Assembly (NCBI GenBank): GCA_010356995.1
Contig: ML996711.1
Coordinates: forward strand, 198,518 to 262,517
Direction: 5' to 3'
DNA: 64,000 nt
Source: Trichodelitschia bisporula
Taxonomy: Eukaryota
Below, piece after piece: positions 35,737 to 48,226 of the stretch. Position numbers and translations under genes: made by a program. The notes under the pieces are model-generated. The model saw only the letters and a program-made list of their open reading frames with translations. It searched no databases and was not told where the DNA came from. Position 1 is the stretch's first letter. Every line of letters begins with the position of its first letter.

Positions 35737-38508
35737 TGTGAAAAAGATGAAATTGATTGGCTGAAGTGATGGAATGTGAGGAAGTCGATTGGTTGATTAA
35801 AATTAGTCGACGAAAGACGAGAGACGAGAGAAGATCGAAGTGATTGATGCTAGGAAATCTAGGAAATAGATAGGAAAATAGATAGGAAAGATGATAGGAA
35901 ATGAGACTGAGAGATGCTGAAGCTGATGAACTGATAATGAGATGAATCCAGAATCCACCGCAGCATCCATCGTCTCTTATACCTCGCGACCTCGTGAAGC
36001 CCAGCATCAGGCCTCCGCCCTACGAGCGGGGCGTGCGGGGAGGCGTGGTAGCGGGGAAACATCGTGGAGGCGGTGACCAGCAAGCGTGAGAAGCTTGTCT
36101 GCCCGCCGCGCCGGCCGGGCAAACTTCTGACCAACAGCAACACGTGCCAAGTGACACTAGGCAAGCGGCGGGAGGGCTTGTCTCTGGAACTTCCATCGAC
36201 TGCGGCCTGTGGCGCACCGCGTTAGACTCACTTGGCGCCCGGTCGCCGACCTTCCGAGCCCACGTTCGCACCCAAAACAGGTCATTTGGGCTACTTATGC
36301 CGCGCCAAGGCCCCAGCTCGGGCTGTGTAAGGACACTTTGTGGGCTGCGGCTGCAGCTATTCGGGGGATTTAGCGGACATTGCGTCTGACGCGCCACGAC
36401 GCCGCTGGGGTGCGCGCACCTCTGCTGGAGTGATGAGAGGTGGAGGAGTTAGTCACCGTTGCTATTGTTGTCCGTTGTTGTTCAGCACCCAGACGGTCTC
36501 TTTGTAGCCGTGCTCCTTCAGTTGCTGTCGTTCCTTCTGTTGTACGGCGATGCTCGTTGATGCTCGTTGTACTCCTGCGGTACTTCCTCTCACTGTAGAT
36601 AGCAGCAACAGCAACGCATCCCGAATCCCATGTTGTGCTCCGCAGTCCGATCGGAACTGTTACTCGGCTCGTCCCGTGGTGGGGCCTTTGTTTCACGATC
36701 GCAACGTTTGGAGCACTGCCGATTTGCCCTCTCTTACATCACAGCCTCCCTCCCTCACCTCCGGTCTTCGCAGCAGAAATGTACTTCCTCTTGGCATTAG
36801 GCCTGGAACCTCCAATTGCACAGTAGCATTCAGCTTGCAGTCTCTATTTTGCATGGCGACTTACAGCTGCTGGTCGCCTAAACGCACCCGCCTGCACGGC
36901 AAAAGGCGGGCAGCAATCACCCAAATCATCACGGCTTCACGCGGTTGCTTGGCATCTGTCATCATTTCGCCATCACCTCCGCCCGTCAGACGCAGACCGC
37001 TGCGCTGGCAACGTAACATCAACACTGCCTTTGCAGCACCGCATCCTTCGCGCAAGTCCTTGGCTTTAAGTTAATCTGATGGCCTCGTCTTGGGTTGTAT
37101 TTTCTCCGCCTTTAAGAGTGGCATTCGGCGGCCTGCTGCCACTCTATCCGCGGCCTGGTGGCCTGCCCAGAGCTTGTGAGGCTGGAAGGGGGACTTGTAA
37201 TCTGCGCCTGAATCTGGCGGGGTGTTTGTCAGGAGTTGTAATGCGATTGTTTGCGGTTGTTGCTGGCTGACTTTGCCAGCGAGGTCCGGAAAGAAAGCGA
37301 TGAAGCATCTCGGGAATTCCGTCAGTACGGCTGTACTTCCATGTCTTCAGCCTTCCTCAGCCGTCCTCGGCTACGAATCGCCTTCATGGACGATTCATTC
37401 CTTCATTTCTGAATTTCGCAGACCGTCTCGAGAGCTTGCCCCGTAGTCGGCGAGCGCACATGTCAACAGCACCATGGCCAGGTATGATCAGCTGCGGCTA
37501 GCGCGGAATGGCCGGAATACGCTCTGAGACGGGCGGACATCGTGGACTTCTAGATTCAGGCCTTCTATTTTCACTCTTCTGATGACACAGATAGTTCTGC
37601 CCAGCCTTGCGGCCCGGTGTTCGGCCCGAATACTACGTAGCTCTTCTTGGCCGGTATGTCATTACTCCTCCGTGATGCATGGAGACTGGAGTCTAATGAA
37701 TGTCAGTGATCATGGTGCGCTTGGCTACGGAACGCCTTGCAGTAAGAGTGATATCGAGCTGTCATCCTACTCCTCAGCTGCGAAATGAACATCGGAGATA
37801 CAGGCCGCTCCTGTATTTCGCGAGTCCCATGTTCAGCCATGTCCACTTGAACTTCTCAGGCCTTCAATCATCCCTTGCTTGTCAAGGTGACCTCGTCATA
37901 GTCCTCAGGATCACAAGCAGCAGTTTCTCTACGAAAAGCCGTCGTGTCCGCCCTTTCACTTCCATTTCCGCGCTTTTTCTCCAAGTGTTTTGTTCCGGAA
38001 TGCAATATTTGGGACTGCGGCCGACGTCTCGCGCTGTTATGTTAGCTTGCGGTCGACAGCCGCGAGGCTTGCGGTCTGGGACTGTTGAGATGCTGTGAAG
38101 GGAGATGTCCGACGCTGAGTCCGGAGCGTGGATACCTGCTTAGACGGAACCTGCGTCTGAGTAAGGACCCATGGTAGCTCTCGGTCGGACATCTCAACAC
38201 TTGAGTCCATCGGTCTTGGATGCGCCGACCTTGGAGGTTATAACTGGTATTCGTTCCTTGCTGCATACTCTGGCATGATTCACTTACTCAACATCATCAG
38301 GAATACTTAATAGATCCGTATATACGCAGATCTACAGTTGTATACAAACGTCACGTTTCAATACTGCCGAAGCAAGCAGCCTCGAACGGCCAGTCTTTAT
38401 CAATTGAACTGCGTAATCCCGGTCTTGAACCACGGTCGGCACCAGTTAGCGTCAGTGCTCGACCCCATGAGAAAACGAGCCCGTTCCCTCAGAGATCGCC
38501 ATGTAGAC

Positions 38509-39806
38509 TTAAATCGGTCGGAACAAGGTGTTCAACGCAGCCTCCACGCGATCACCCTTCTGCCCCTCAATCTCTTCAATCTCCTCAGTGTCCTGCGTCG
38601 CCTGCACCTCTTCCCCATCCTGCTGTTCCTCGGGATCGTTGCGACGGAACCGGTCGTATCCACCCTTGCGCCACGCCTCCTGACGCCGCTTCTCACGTTC
38701 CCGAATGAGTTGTGTTCTCGCCTTGCGCTGCTCCCTCGCCTTGCGCTGCTCACGCGTGAGCGAATCGACATCTGGGTCCAACTCGGAGAGACGGCTCGAA
38801 GATGTCGGCGTCGGAGCCGGAGCCGGGGCTGTAACGACGGGGCGGTACTTCTTCGGCATCTTCGCAACGCGATTCTGGCCCAGAAGAGTGTTGCGCAGTT
38901 TGAGGTCCTCGGCTGTCAGAGGGTGCGTGGGAAGGTATTCTTCATCTTCGTCCGTGAACGAGCTACCGTGATAGATGGCCATGCCATTGTCGTCATACGC
39001 CCAGTTCTGGGCGTTAGCCGGATCGTGGCGGATGCTCGTGGTGTTAAGAGGAGGAGGCGAAACGGAGGTTCCAGCCGCGTGTTGAGAAGCTGGACCGACC
39101 TTGTTAGCCTGGCGGTCATAGTGTCTGAACGCTTTAGCTCTATGATGCTGGATGTGACCTTGCTCAGCGCTAGGGATGTTAGTGACGGCGAGCAAAACGG
39201 GAGCAGGTACTCACAGAGACAGCGCATCGAAGCCATCAGCGAGATGCTCGAAGTCGCCTGACGCTTTTGGTTCCGCAGCTTTGAAGTAGGATTCTTGAGC
39301 ACTGAGGGTGTTAGTAACGAAAGCTACGAATCAGAGGAAGCAGCCACTTACCGAGACGATTCAGCAAACGTTTCGATCTCGCGATCGCATTGGCCTGATG
39401 TCTTGGGTTCGATCTCATCGTCCCCCCCACGAGCGCGCTTGTTCCTAAAAATGTTAACCGCGAAGGATGCAAAAAGTCTGGAGAATCACATACCCACCGA
39501 ACCGCGCAGGGCGGTCTCCCTTGACGACGGAACGCGAGCGCTTCAGACCGCCGCCATGCTGGGTCCCCCCAAGCACAGCATCGCTCTCACTAACAAGCGT
39601 TAGAGAAGTCGGCACGAAGAGCTTAAAAGGCATTTACGCAAGGAGCTCAGCCGCCGTCGGCCTCCCCTCCGAGCAGGTCACGGCCGGAGCCGGATTCTCA
39701 AGCCTGGCAAGCGTTAGAAATGGAGGTATACAAAGATCAGGGAGACTCACGTCGGGAGGCTATCGGAGCTGCACGAGCTCCGGCCGTCCTCCATGACGGC
39801 GTCCAT
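38509..39806 (-). CDS. Hypothetical low-complexity protein, six exons
   Basis: Starts MDAVMEDGRSSCSSDSLP. Five short introns (donors GTGAGT, GTAAAT, GTATGT, GTAAGT, GTGAGT; CTAAC/TTAAC branch points) splice in frame into ORF 38509-39195. Confidence 0.7.
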
Positions 39807-40738
39807 AACGATGCCGCCGCCGCCGTCTATCAATGTAAAAAAAAATGGATGACAAGATAAATGAAGTTTGTGGATGTTGTTGTCGAGGTCAAAGTCCAGA
39901 GCCGCAGCGTAAACTGCTACTTGTACTGTACGCTAGCATTCTCGCGTATTTGTGGGGGGAAGGCACGATGTGCCCCACGTGGCCACGTGAAAAGATCGTG
40001 GCCGCGCTGTGCGCGAGGTTTTGCGGACAGCGCGGACACGAGTTTCTCTGGTGGTCTTTGGTCCGTGGCGCTCCTTCTCTCGTTGTCGCCCGCGGGGGAA
40101 GCCCGGGCTTCGGCCTGGCCAAGACTTCACGACGAGTGGCGCGAGGGTGATGGTCACGTGATAAGGCTGAAGTGACATCGGTCGAGAACTTAGAATAATC
40201 TGGACCCGGAGCTTAGGGACGGAGAGGGCTGGGATAGCATAGTAAAAGAATACTTCACTGTTTCTAGATCGAAGACTCGATTGGTTCTAAGACTTGGCAA
40301 AAACGGCGTGAAGCGCATCCAACGTAGACCTCAAACCCGGCCATCCTCTAATGCCAGACACACCCGAAGTCCACACCGCTCAGACTACGAGTACAAGCAT
40401 CCTAACTCCACGCAACGCTCCGGAGTATCCCACTCCTAACCGTATAAAAACCGTATTCGTACTCTTGACCGGAGACAGACCGTAGACAAACAGTAGAGAA
40501 ACCACATTTCCATCACACCGTAAACACACCACACCCCTCCCCTAACCCCCGACACACCATGCCTATTCCCACTCCTCCGCCCCGCAAAATGGATTCCTCC
40601 CCGTCTCCCCCTCCTGCTCATGTCCATGCCCCTCATGCTCCCCCACCCCCAAGTCCGCCACATCGCTCCTAACCCCATAAGAATCATACCTCGCCGACGT
40701 ACCATCCGAACCACTGCTACTCCCCCGCCCCCCCTCAC

Positions 40739-41957
40739 TCACCCCCCCACCAGCATTGTATGCGCCATACCTCCCCCCCCCCCACCATAATCCGTCACCG
40801 GCGCATTCGCCGCCATCCCATCAGCCCGCTTCGTCCCGCGCGCAAACCGCACCCCGCCCCGACCGCCCAGGTCACCGCTGACGTCCGAGGCCGCCGGCGA
40901 AGCACGGGCGAGGTTCTCGTACCGGTCGCACGTTTCCTGGACGCGGCTCTTGCCCTTCCCCTCTTTCCCCTCGCGGCGAATCGGACTCCCCCCCTCCCCG
41001 GGCCACGCCCTCCCCCACGGCTCAGGACTCCCCAAACCAGCCTGCCTATCCCCAAACTCAAACCCATCCAACCCATCATACCTAACCCCACTCTCCAACC
41101 TTCTACCCGGCCGGCGGCGCGCACCACTCCTCCTCACTCCATGAACAGTCAGATGTCCGAGTTCGACGTCACCCGGGCGACCTCTGCGCGTGCCGCGGCC
41201 AAACTTGCGCTTGAGGAAGGCCCATATGATGGTAAAGCAGTTGATGGGCGGGTGGTGCGGGCGCACGTCGTAGGGGCGGCCGCGGGCGTCGATGTAGGTG
41301 CCTTGTCCCCGGTGGGAGGTGAGGGCGGGGGGGGTGGGCCTGTAGTGGGTCAGCTTGTGGAGAAGGGTGGGTTGATATGGGAAGGGAAAGGGAGAGAGAT
41401 GGGGAAGCGGAAGGAAAGGGGGCTTACCACAAGTCGCCGAACGTGCCCGTCCGGATAGGATTAAGCGTGAAATGTCCATTCGCATGCGCATTGATCAGCG
41501 CCTCAGCGGCGTCGTCTCGGTCGCCGAAGCCGCGGGTCGAGAAGAGGCTTTCTGCCTGCGGGTTGTAGGGACGGGGTTTGCGTGGGTCTTTATCTTTGGA
41601 TTTGGATTTGGCTTTGTGGGGGGTGTCCTCGTCTTTGCGGTTGTGCTTGTCGGCGTGCTTTCGAGGGCTGTGACTGCGGGAACTCTCCTTGTGGGGACTG
41701 CCCTCGCGCTGACTCTCTTCATGACCACCGTGCTCGCGCCCACCTTGGTCGTGCTCAGCGTAATCCCGTCCACCGTGTTCGTGCTCAGCGTGACTATGCT
41801 CAGCGTGCTCGTGTCCACCGTGATCGCGCTCAGCGTGACCATGCTCAGCGTGCTCATGCCCACCATGTTCGTGTCCACCATGTTCGTGTCCACCATGTTC
41901 ATCTCCACCCCGATAGTACCCCTCGTACTCTTGCGAATCATCCCCATAGGGAGCCAT
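40739..41957 (-). CDS. Hypothetical protein with N-terminal His/Glu/Gly pentapeptide repeats; at least one intron, 3' end uncertain
   Basis: HEHGG/HEHAE repeats encoded by a 15-nt tandem at ~41745-41900. A GTAAGC...CTGAC...CAG intron joins ORFs 41424-41957 and 40739-41491 in frame. Confidence 0.6.
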
Positions 41958-42363
41958 AGCGTGTTAGACAAAGCACAGCGGCGCTGAAATTCGGGTGTGT
42001 GCAGGTTAAACTTCCAAGCAAGCAGGAGAGTGCAGAAGTTAGGGACGGGGAAAGGTTAGGCGAGAGCGGGTTTGCGGACGTGAACGACACCAGGAGCAAA
42101 AAAAGCACGGGCATTGGAAAATGCAGTTCTTGGAAGAGGTAAACAGAGGAAGGTCGAAGCTCGGCAAAAGGTCGCGTCTTGGGACTTCGAAAGCGAGTTT
42201 GCTATGGATACAACGCGTAGGATGGGTGTGGGCGGTGATAGCAGCGCGTTCTGCCAGCAAACGGATTCTCACGCATCGCAAGTGGGTTCGAAAAGCCTTC
42301 TATAACGCTCCGGACGCCGGACGCCGTCCAGCTGATATATCAAAAGACACTAAGCCAAACCCC

Positions 42364-43825
42364 CTACGCATTGAGCGGTTTCCGCCCGTATACCAGAGTA
42401 CTACTCCTGTTAGCGCAACCCCCGCAACCACCCACAGAAACTTACATCGGGATATAACCATGCAGCGGCTTGTTCTTGATATCATCCCTCACCCCCGCAA
42501 GCAGCACATCAATCTCATTCTTCGACCACCCCAGCGCACCCAACAACTTCAAACTCACCCCCTCCAGCGCACTCAGCAAATCCTCCTGACAAAATATGCC
42601 CAGCGTCTTGAAATACTTCCCCTTCGCCCACGGGCCAATCGGCCAATAAAACCGCTTCTCAACCACATCCTCGAAGCCCGCCTCGATCAGGTACTCCTTG
42701 TACTTTGTCGTGCCGGTCCACGGGCGGCCGATCTTCGTCGCCCCCTCGACAATCAGCTTCATCCACTTGTACAGCGACGAGTCGACGGGCGGTTCGCCCA
42801 CGTACTCGATCGGAAAGATGCCGTCCTGCAGCTCGAGGTAGCCGCCCGGCTCGAGGAACTCGAACGCGGACTTGATCACCGTGAAGGCGTTTCTGAAGCA
42901 CGAGACCAGCGCGCGGCCGTGGATGAAGTCGAATTTGTGCGAGAAGACCCATTCTTCTTCGGCGTCGTCGATTTCAAATTGGCATTTGGGCGGGACGCTG
43001 GGAATGTCAGTTTGGATTACGACAAGGTGGCAGGACATGGTTTACAATACGGGCTGGATGGGGCTGAGGTCTGTGCCTATGACGTTCGTTTCTGGGAACT
43101 CCTGTGCTGCGGGCGATTAGTCTTATCGCGGAGCAGAAGCGGGTTGATGGGCATACCGAATTCAATGGCCCAGATGCCAGTTCCTACACATGTTAACAGG
43201 TTACGCAACGGCAGTGTCGGGGGACGGACCGGTTCCGATGTCGAGCACCCATTCCAGTTTCCTTTCTGTGATAGGCGCGAGGAAGAGCTTCCCATTAAAC
43301 GTCAATCGGCACAGCTCATGCTGCAGGTCTATTCTGTTAGCCGGCGCGGCATGGCCTTCCCGCGTAGAAATACCTAGTCTGTCTTGCTCTGCCTGCTTTC
43401 GTTAGATCGCACCTGACTGGCCGAGGCTGCACTCACTTCATCATTGGGCAACGGATATTCTGTATGGTCAGTGAGCTCGAGATGGCCAGTGAAGAGATAT
43501 ACTCACGCCCTTGTTTGTACCGATGGTACGTCCGGCCGTTCTCCTCTACCGACTCGAAGATGCTCGTCCTGACAGATGCGGTGGAGCGCCTGCCGCCTTT
43601 AAGCACTACCCCACCACCGGCGCATCACCGCGACACCTACCTGATACTGTCCGTATCGACTGCAGAGTCCGTATCAGCCTGCGCAAGTCAGACCCACACG
43701 CGCATCCGTCGCATCCCCATCCCACTCACCGAATCAATCGAAGGCAAGCTCGGCGCACTGCCAAGATACCCCACATAGTCCTGCTCCACCGTGTCCTGCA
43801 CCGGAACGTCGTCGTTGGAGGCCAT
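42364..43825 (-). CDS. SAM-dependent methyltransferase, LaeA-like (TAM domain) family, multi-exon
   Basis: SVEENGRTYHRYKQG, VLDIGTG/TGIWAIEF, DLSPIQP, FEIDDAEEEW, FDFIHGR, LEPGGYLELQD and WPIGPWAK. The last exon ends VYGRKPLNA*. Confidence 0.9.
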
Positions 43826-44617
43826 GTCGCACAGGTCTCACTTCACTCAGACAAAGCCAACAAAATGCGGGGTACCAAGCATACTAGTATTGTCACTTTA
43901 AAAGCAAGCACACATCCACCCGGTGAGGCGTTCGCCTTTAGCCCTCGAAGGATTCAGGGTGAACAGGCATCGGAAGCCCGGTATTGGACGCGGAAAGTCG
44001 CTTGACAAGCCATGTCTGCAGACTAGTGCTGCCGGGATTGCGTCCGGCAATCGGCGCGCGCGAGGGGCTGCACCACTAATTTATTCCGGATGATGGAAGC
44101 TTTTCCTTGGGCGGACGGGATGCGGCCCGTCCCCCCTTGCTGTGCGACTATCGCCGGGAGTCGTCAGTAGCGCGAGTGCTAGTGGAAGCGATGGGGACTA
44201 AAAAGCTTTTTCTGACGCCTTGACTTGGATGGGAAACTGGTTTTTCACGACTCTTCAGTGGTATGTTCCGTTCACCGGACACGGTGTTCGCCGCGATAAC
44301 GTCGGGTCTTGGATGGCGCGATCCAGCGCATGCAGCTCGGTTCAAATCAGGAACAGCTTGATTCCAATCCTACGGTCAATGGATGTCCGCTTCCTGGCTT
44401 CGGGACTCCCATCTGCCTGAGTTGAGAGCGTCGATTGGGTTTGACGGCAACACGACGGCATAAGCTTGCTTGACCGGCGTTTGCGAGGCCAGGCTGGTCG
44501 GCGTTTGCAAGATGATGCTGATAAAGATCTTGCTGCCGGATCTGCAATCGCTTCACTCGGACTTAGGATCCATTCCTAGTGTATTCATCCGGCGACGTAA
44601 TGCCTCACCAGGTCAGG

Positions 44618-45247
44618 ATGCCTACTTTCGGATTCGGAAGCCGCACCAATCTTTCTGAGGATCAAGATGCCGACTGGCCATCCGCAGAGTCAGTGGTGAC
44701 CGAACGGCTCACCGGTCGACGCTCCAGAGCATCGCCAGCAATCACCATCGACGGGAAGTCATGGAACGGCGGCTCGCAGCACTCCCAGTCTTCCCAATTC
44801 CCAGGTACTCCTCGTCGGTCCGGTCACAGAGATCAAGAACATGGTGGAGGAGCTTTCGACACGGCATCCGGATACAAAGCCTCCGCGTATTCGGTGGCCT
44901 CGGGTTCTGTATCCGGGAAGAAGGCAAGCTCCACGATAAGGCAGGAGGCAACCTCACGGCGAGCACCGAGCCACTGCAGCCACTCACCTCCGGCGCCTTC
45001 TCACCATTTGGATCTCCCTTTCGCCACGCTTCCCGCGGCGCTGCAGTCAAGAGACCGTCTACAGACTCCGCGTTCGCGCCCTCATAACCGGAGTGGACAC
45101 AGTCGCAAGCATATGGATCCCGCCGCTGCCAAACAAACCAAGTCTTCGTCTGAGAGGAAGAATTCCAGTGCCCACTGCACAGAAGAAGTGATCGAATACG
45201 CTGCGGACGGAACGGTGCGGCGGAAGAAGACTGTAACGTGGATGTGA
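44618..45247 (+). CDS. Hypothetical Ser-rich disordered protein
   Basis: Open frame MPTFGFGS...EYAADGTVRRKKTVTWM, with no recognised domain. Confidence 0.4.
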   Translation: MPTFGFGSRTNLSEDQDADWPSAESVVTERLTGRRSRASPAITIDGKSWNGGSQHSQSSQFPGTPRRSGHRDQEHGGGAFDTASGYKASAYSVASGSVSGKKASSTIRQEATSRRAPSHCSHSPPAPSHHLDLPFATLPAALQSRDRLQTPRSRPHNRSGHSRKHMDPAAAKQTKSSSERKNSSAHCTEEVIEYAADGTVRRKKTVTWM

Positions 45248-46714
45248 TTAGCAGATGCATATCTCGGGCCGAGTGGGACGTGGAAGTGAGGATACTGAAC
45301 TGTAGCTAGTAGCTCGGCTATAAAATGCACAGGTGATTCCCGACAGTGGCCGAACTATGCGCAGATTCCTCGATGCTGTCGCGGGTGACTTGACTTGAGA
45401 CTTTGGCGAGTCTCTGTGACGTAGCCTGAGGGAGGCGTACTTGTATCTTTGGAGGAGTCATCCTCATTTCAGGAAAGGCACGCATCAGCAATCGGAAGGA
45501 ACATCTTGATGCTTGGAGGAAGGGGCAGAACGACTATGGCAAGCGCGTAGGAGGCCACTTCGTAGGGCCTTGCATGTATCATGGCACAGCTCCGTTGCTC
45601 CCTTTCCCGTCTCTTCTCTTCGTCCTTTACTCGTAATCAACTTTCGTTTTGCACTCGTTGCTCCGTAACCTTACCTGCTTAGGCTATGCTCCAGTACTCT
45701 GGAGAGCTCCAACATCCATGAAGTCCATTATCTATCATCACGGGTGAGTCTGGACCGACCCCGAGCTTATATACACCCTCATCGAGAACTAACTGAGGTC
45801 AAACATCCTCCAATCGCTAACATCACCGAAAACGATCGTCAGCCGATCGGTCGGATCAAGATACACCCGATCGCACCCACATCGAGATGTCTCGGACCTC
45901 CTAAGCGCCACATGAACCTGCATATCTGAGCCAGAGCAAACGAAAAGAGGTCGAAGTGCAGCAGTGAAGCTTTCGGGCCGTGGACGCCGGGTGTGGAAGA
46001 GATATTGCTTCTGGTGTCACCAGCATCTTGGCGATATTTTCCAAGGGCCATCCAAGAAATTCATAGCTGATACCCCGAAAGGTTGTGGCCATCTCGTCAC
46101 GAGATTTTTGCTGGATAATGAGCAGAGAGCATCGGGGAGGGCGCCATGACTTTTTCAGGTGGCCCTTGGTCGTACCCACCATCCACTTGGCTCTGGCCAA
46201 CATCACCGAAACCTCCCCTGACGATCTCTCTGCTGACTGCTCTTCACATCAACCTTCACATCGGATTCGGTGTCTTTGAAATGTGCTTCCTGATGTGTAC
46301 TTCCTGAGGCGGTGATGCCTTCATGCCTCACTATTGCTGAGGAATATTCAGAGGCAGGCCGCATCGCTGCATCGTACTTTAGGTCCCGTATCATTGCGTG
46401 GCCTTCAAGTATCACGAACTCGATCGGCTCGATTTACGGAGTATTCTAAGCAAACTCCCAACTGACAATTCCACTAGAGACATACATGATCGAGCAAGTG
46501 AGACTCCGCCGATCGCAACATCTCCATCTCACAGCCCAGACACACCGCAGATCCCAAAGCACCAGACATAAAGCCGCGTCCCATCTCCCCATTCAGTACC
46601 GCTCAGCAGCAAAAGCCCACCACATTCGTTACCACCGTCCCTCGTTTTCCATCTCACCACAGTCTTTCCTTGCATCTTACCACAGTCACTCTTTAATTCC
46701 TAATCATAATCAAA

Positions 46715-47425
46715 ATGAAGTCCTTCGTCACCCTCTCCCTCCTGGGCCTCGCCTCCGCCCTCCCGCAACTCCTCCCAGGCTACGGCGCCGCTCCCGCCCC
46801 GTCCTCGTCCCCGGCCGGCTACACAGCGGCACCGAGCTCTGCCGCTCCCGTCGGCTACGGCGCCGCTCCGTCGGCTGCGCCCTTTCCCTCGACCAGCCAG
46901 ACCCCAGCGCCCGTATGCGTCCAATCAACCGCCTACGCCGCAAGCACAGCCTGGAGCACCGAGACACGCACGCGGTACGAGACCGAGAACGTTGTCTTGT
47001 CGTCCGCGTACACGACCGTCATCACAACAACCACGTACGTCGAGTCCACCTACACGACGACCACGTACAGCGATGAAGTCGTCAGCGTGCCCGTTGTGTG
47101 GACCGAGAAGGGTCATTATGGGGCCGAGACGGTGGTTACTGAGTGGCAGCCTGTGACGACGAGGGTGGCGTGCCCGGAGACGTGAGCTCTGTTCTACTCT
47201 TGAGAGTGAGGGGATTGTGAAGGCTAATTTTTGGGGGACAGTGTAGTCACTGCGGTGCCGAGCGAGTTGTGCGAGACGGGCGTGGCATACTCGACCAGCA
47301 CGGAGTGCGTGACCCGCACGTATGAGGTCCCCGTCACGCAGGCGTATACCACAATGGTGGCATACGAGACGACGAGCTGTGCGGTGCCGACGGCGGAGGG
47401 CGAGAGCTATGGATTTATCTTTTAG
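46715..47425 (+). CDS. Secreted Thr/Ser-rich cell-surface protein; intron 47182-47241
   Basis: MKSFVTLSLLGLASALPQ signal peptide in good start context, GYGAAP repeats, and Thr-rich Cys-containing repeats. GTGAGC...CTAAT...CAG intron. Confidence 0.8.
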
Positions 47426-48226
47426 ATGGTGTTTTGGTGGAGGGGTTGGGTGGTAATTAATGGTAGTTAATTGGTGCAGTTGACAATTCGATGTACATAT
47501 TTGTCAGTCTGTCTTTACAGTGAGATGTTTGTCGTGAGCATCGGCCGGAGATGCAAGCTCGCCGTCCCCACAAGCGGCTCGCGATTCCCGCCAGCACCCG
47601 TCTACGATACCCAAAACGGCAAAGACCAATGCGAACCGGTGCAGGGCAAGGCCTGGTGTAAAGGGCCGAGGAACGGCGCGGAGGCCTTGCCGAGATTGCG
47701 GAGATGCGGGGTGAACCGTGGGGGTGCGCGGGGGGGAGTCTTCATGCCATCACCCCTGGCGTCGTGGGCGTGGGCGGCACCGTCTGCAGGGTAATTGCCG
47801 CAGTCTTCGCGCCCATTTTATCCGCGGGGTTAAGCGGAACAGCGAGGCTGAAGTAATTGAATTCGAGGCTGAAATTGAGGCTACAGGCTTCGAGAAGGAA
47901 TTTCAATCAGATGCTGTGTGACCGATTCGGGCCTCGGCTGCTTCGCGAGGCCGTGCAATGCCGTCGATCATGCCCTGGAATTGGGGCGCGGGATCATATC
48001 TGTCAAAGGAGGAATAAAATGCGCACTCGTCGCACAGCTTTTTCCCTTCCGAGTTGTGCTTTTGCGTGAATTATCGTCGTCTTCCCTTTGCTTCTCTGTA
48101 TCATTAGTTGTACCATTAGTTCCCCCCCCCACACACACCAGTCACTCCACACACCAGTCACTCCACCCACCCCGCACCTTCCCCGCCAAGACTCGGCCCG
48201 ACCACACCGCCTACCATTACGCAGCC

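Noticed and set aside
36000..38300. Possible gene remnants in the long intergenic stretch
   Set aside because: Only short ORFs with frequent stops and no identifiable protein motif.
46715..47425. Repeat-containing secreted protein as a KEP/dikaritin RiPP precursor
   Set aside because: The repeats are not separated by KR/RR Kex2 sites, and no DUF3328-type gene was seen nearby.
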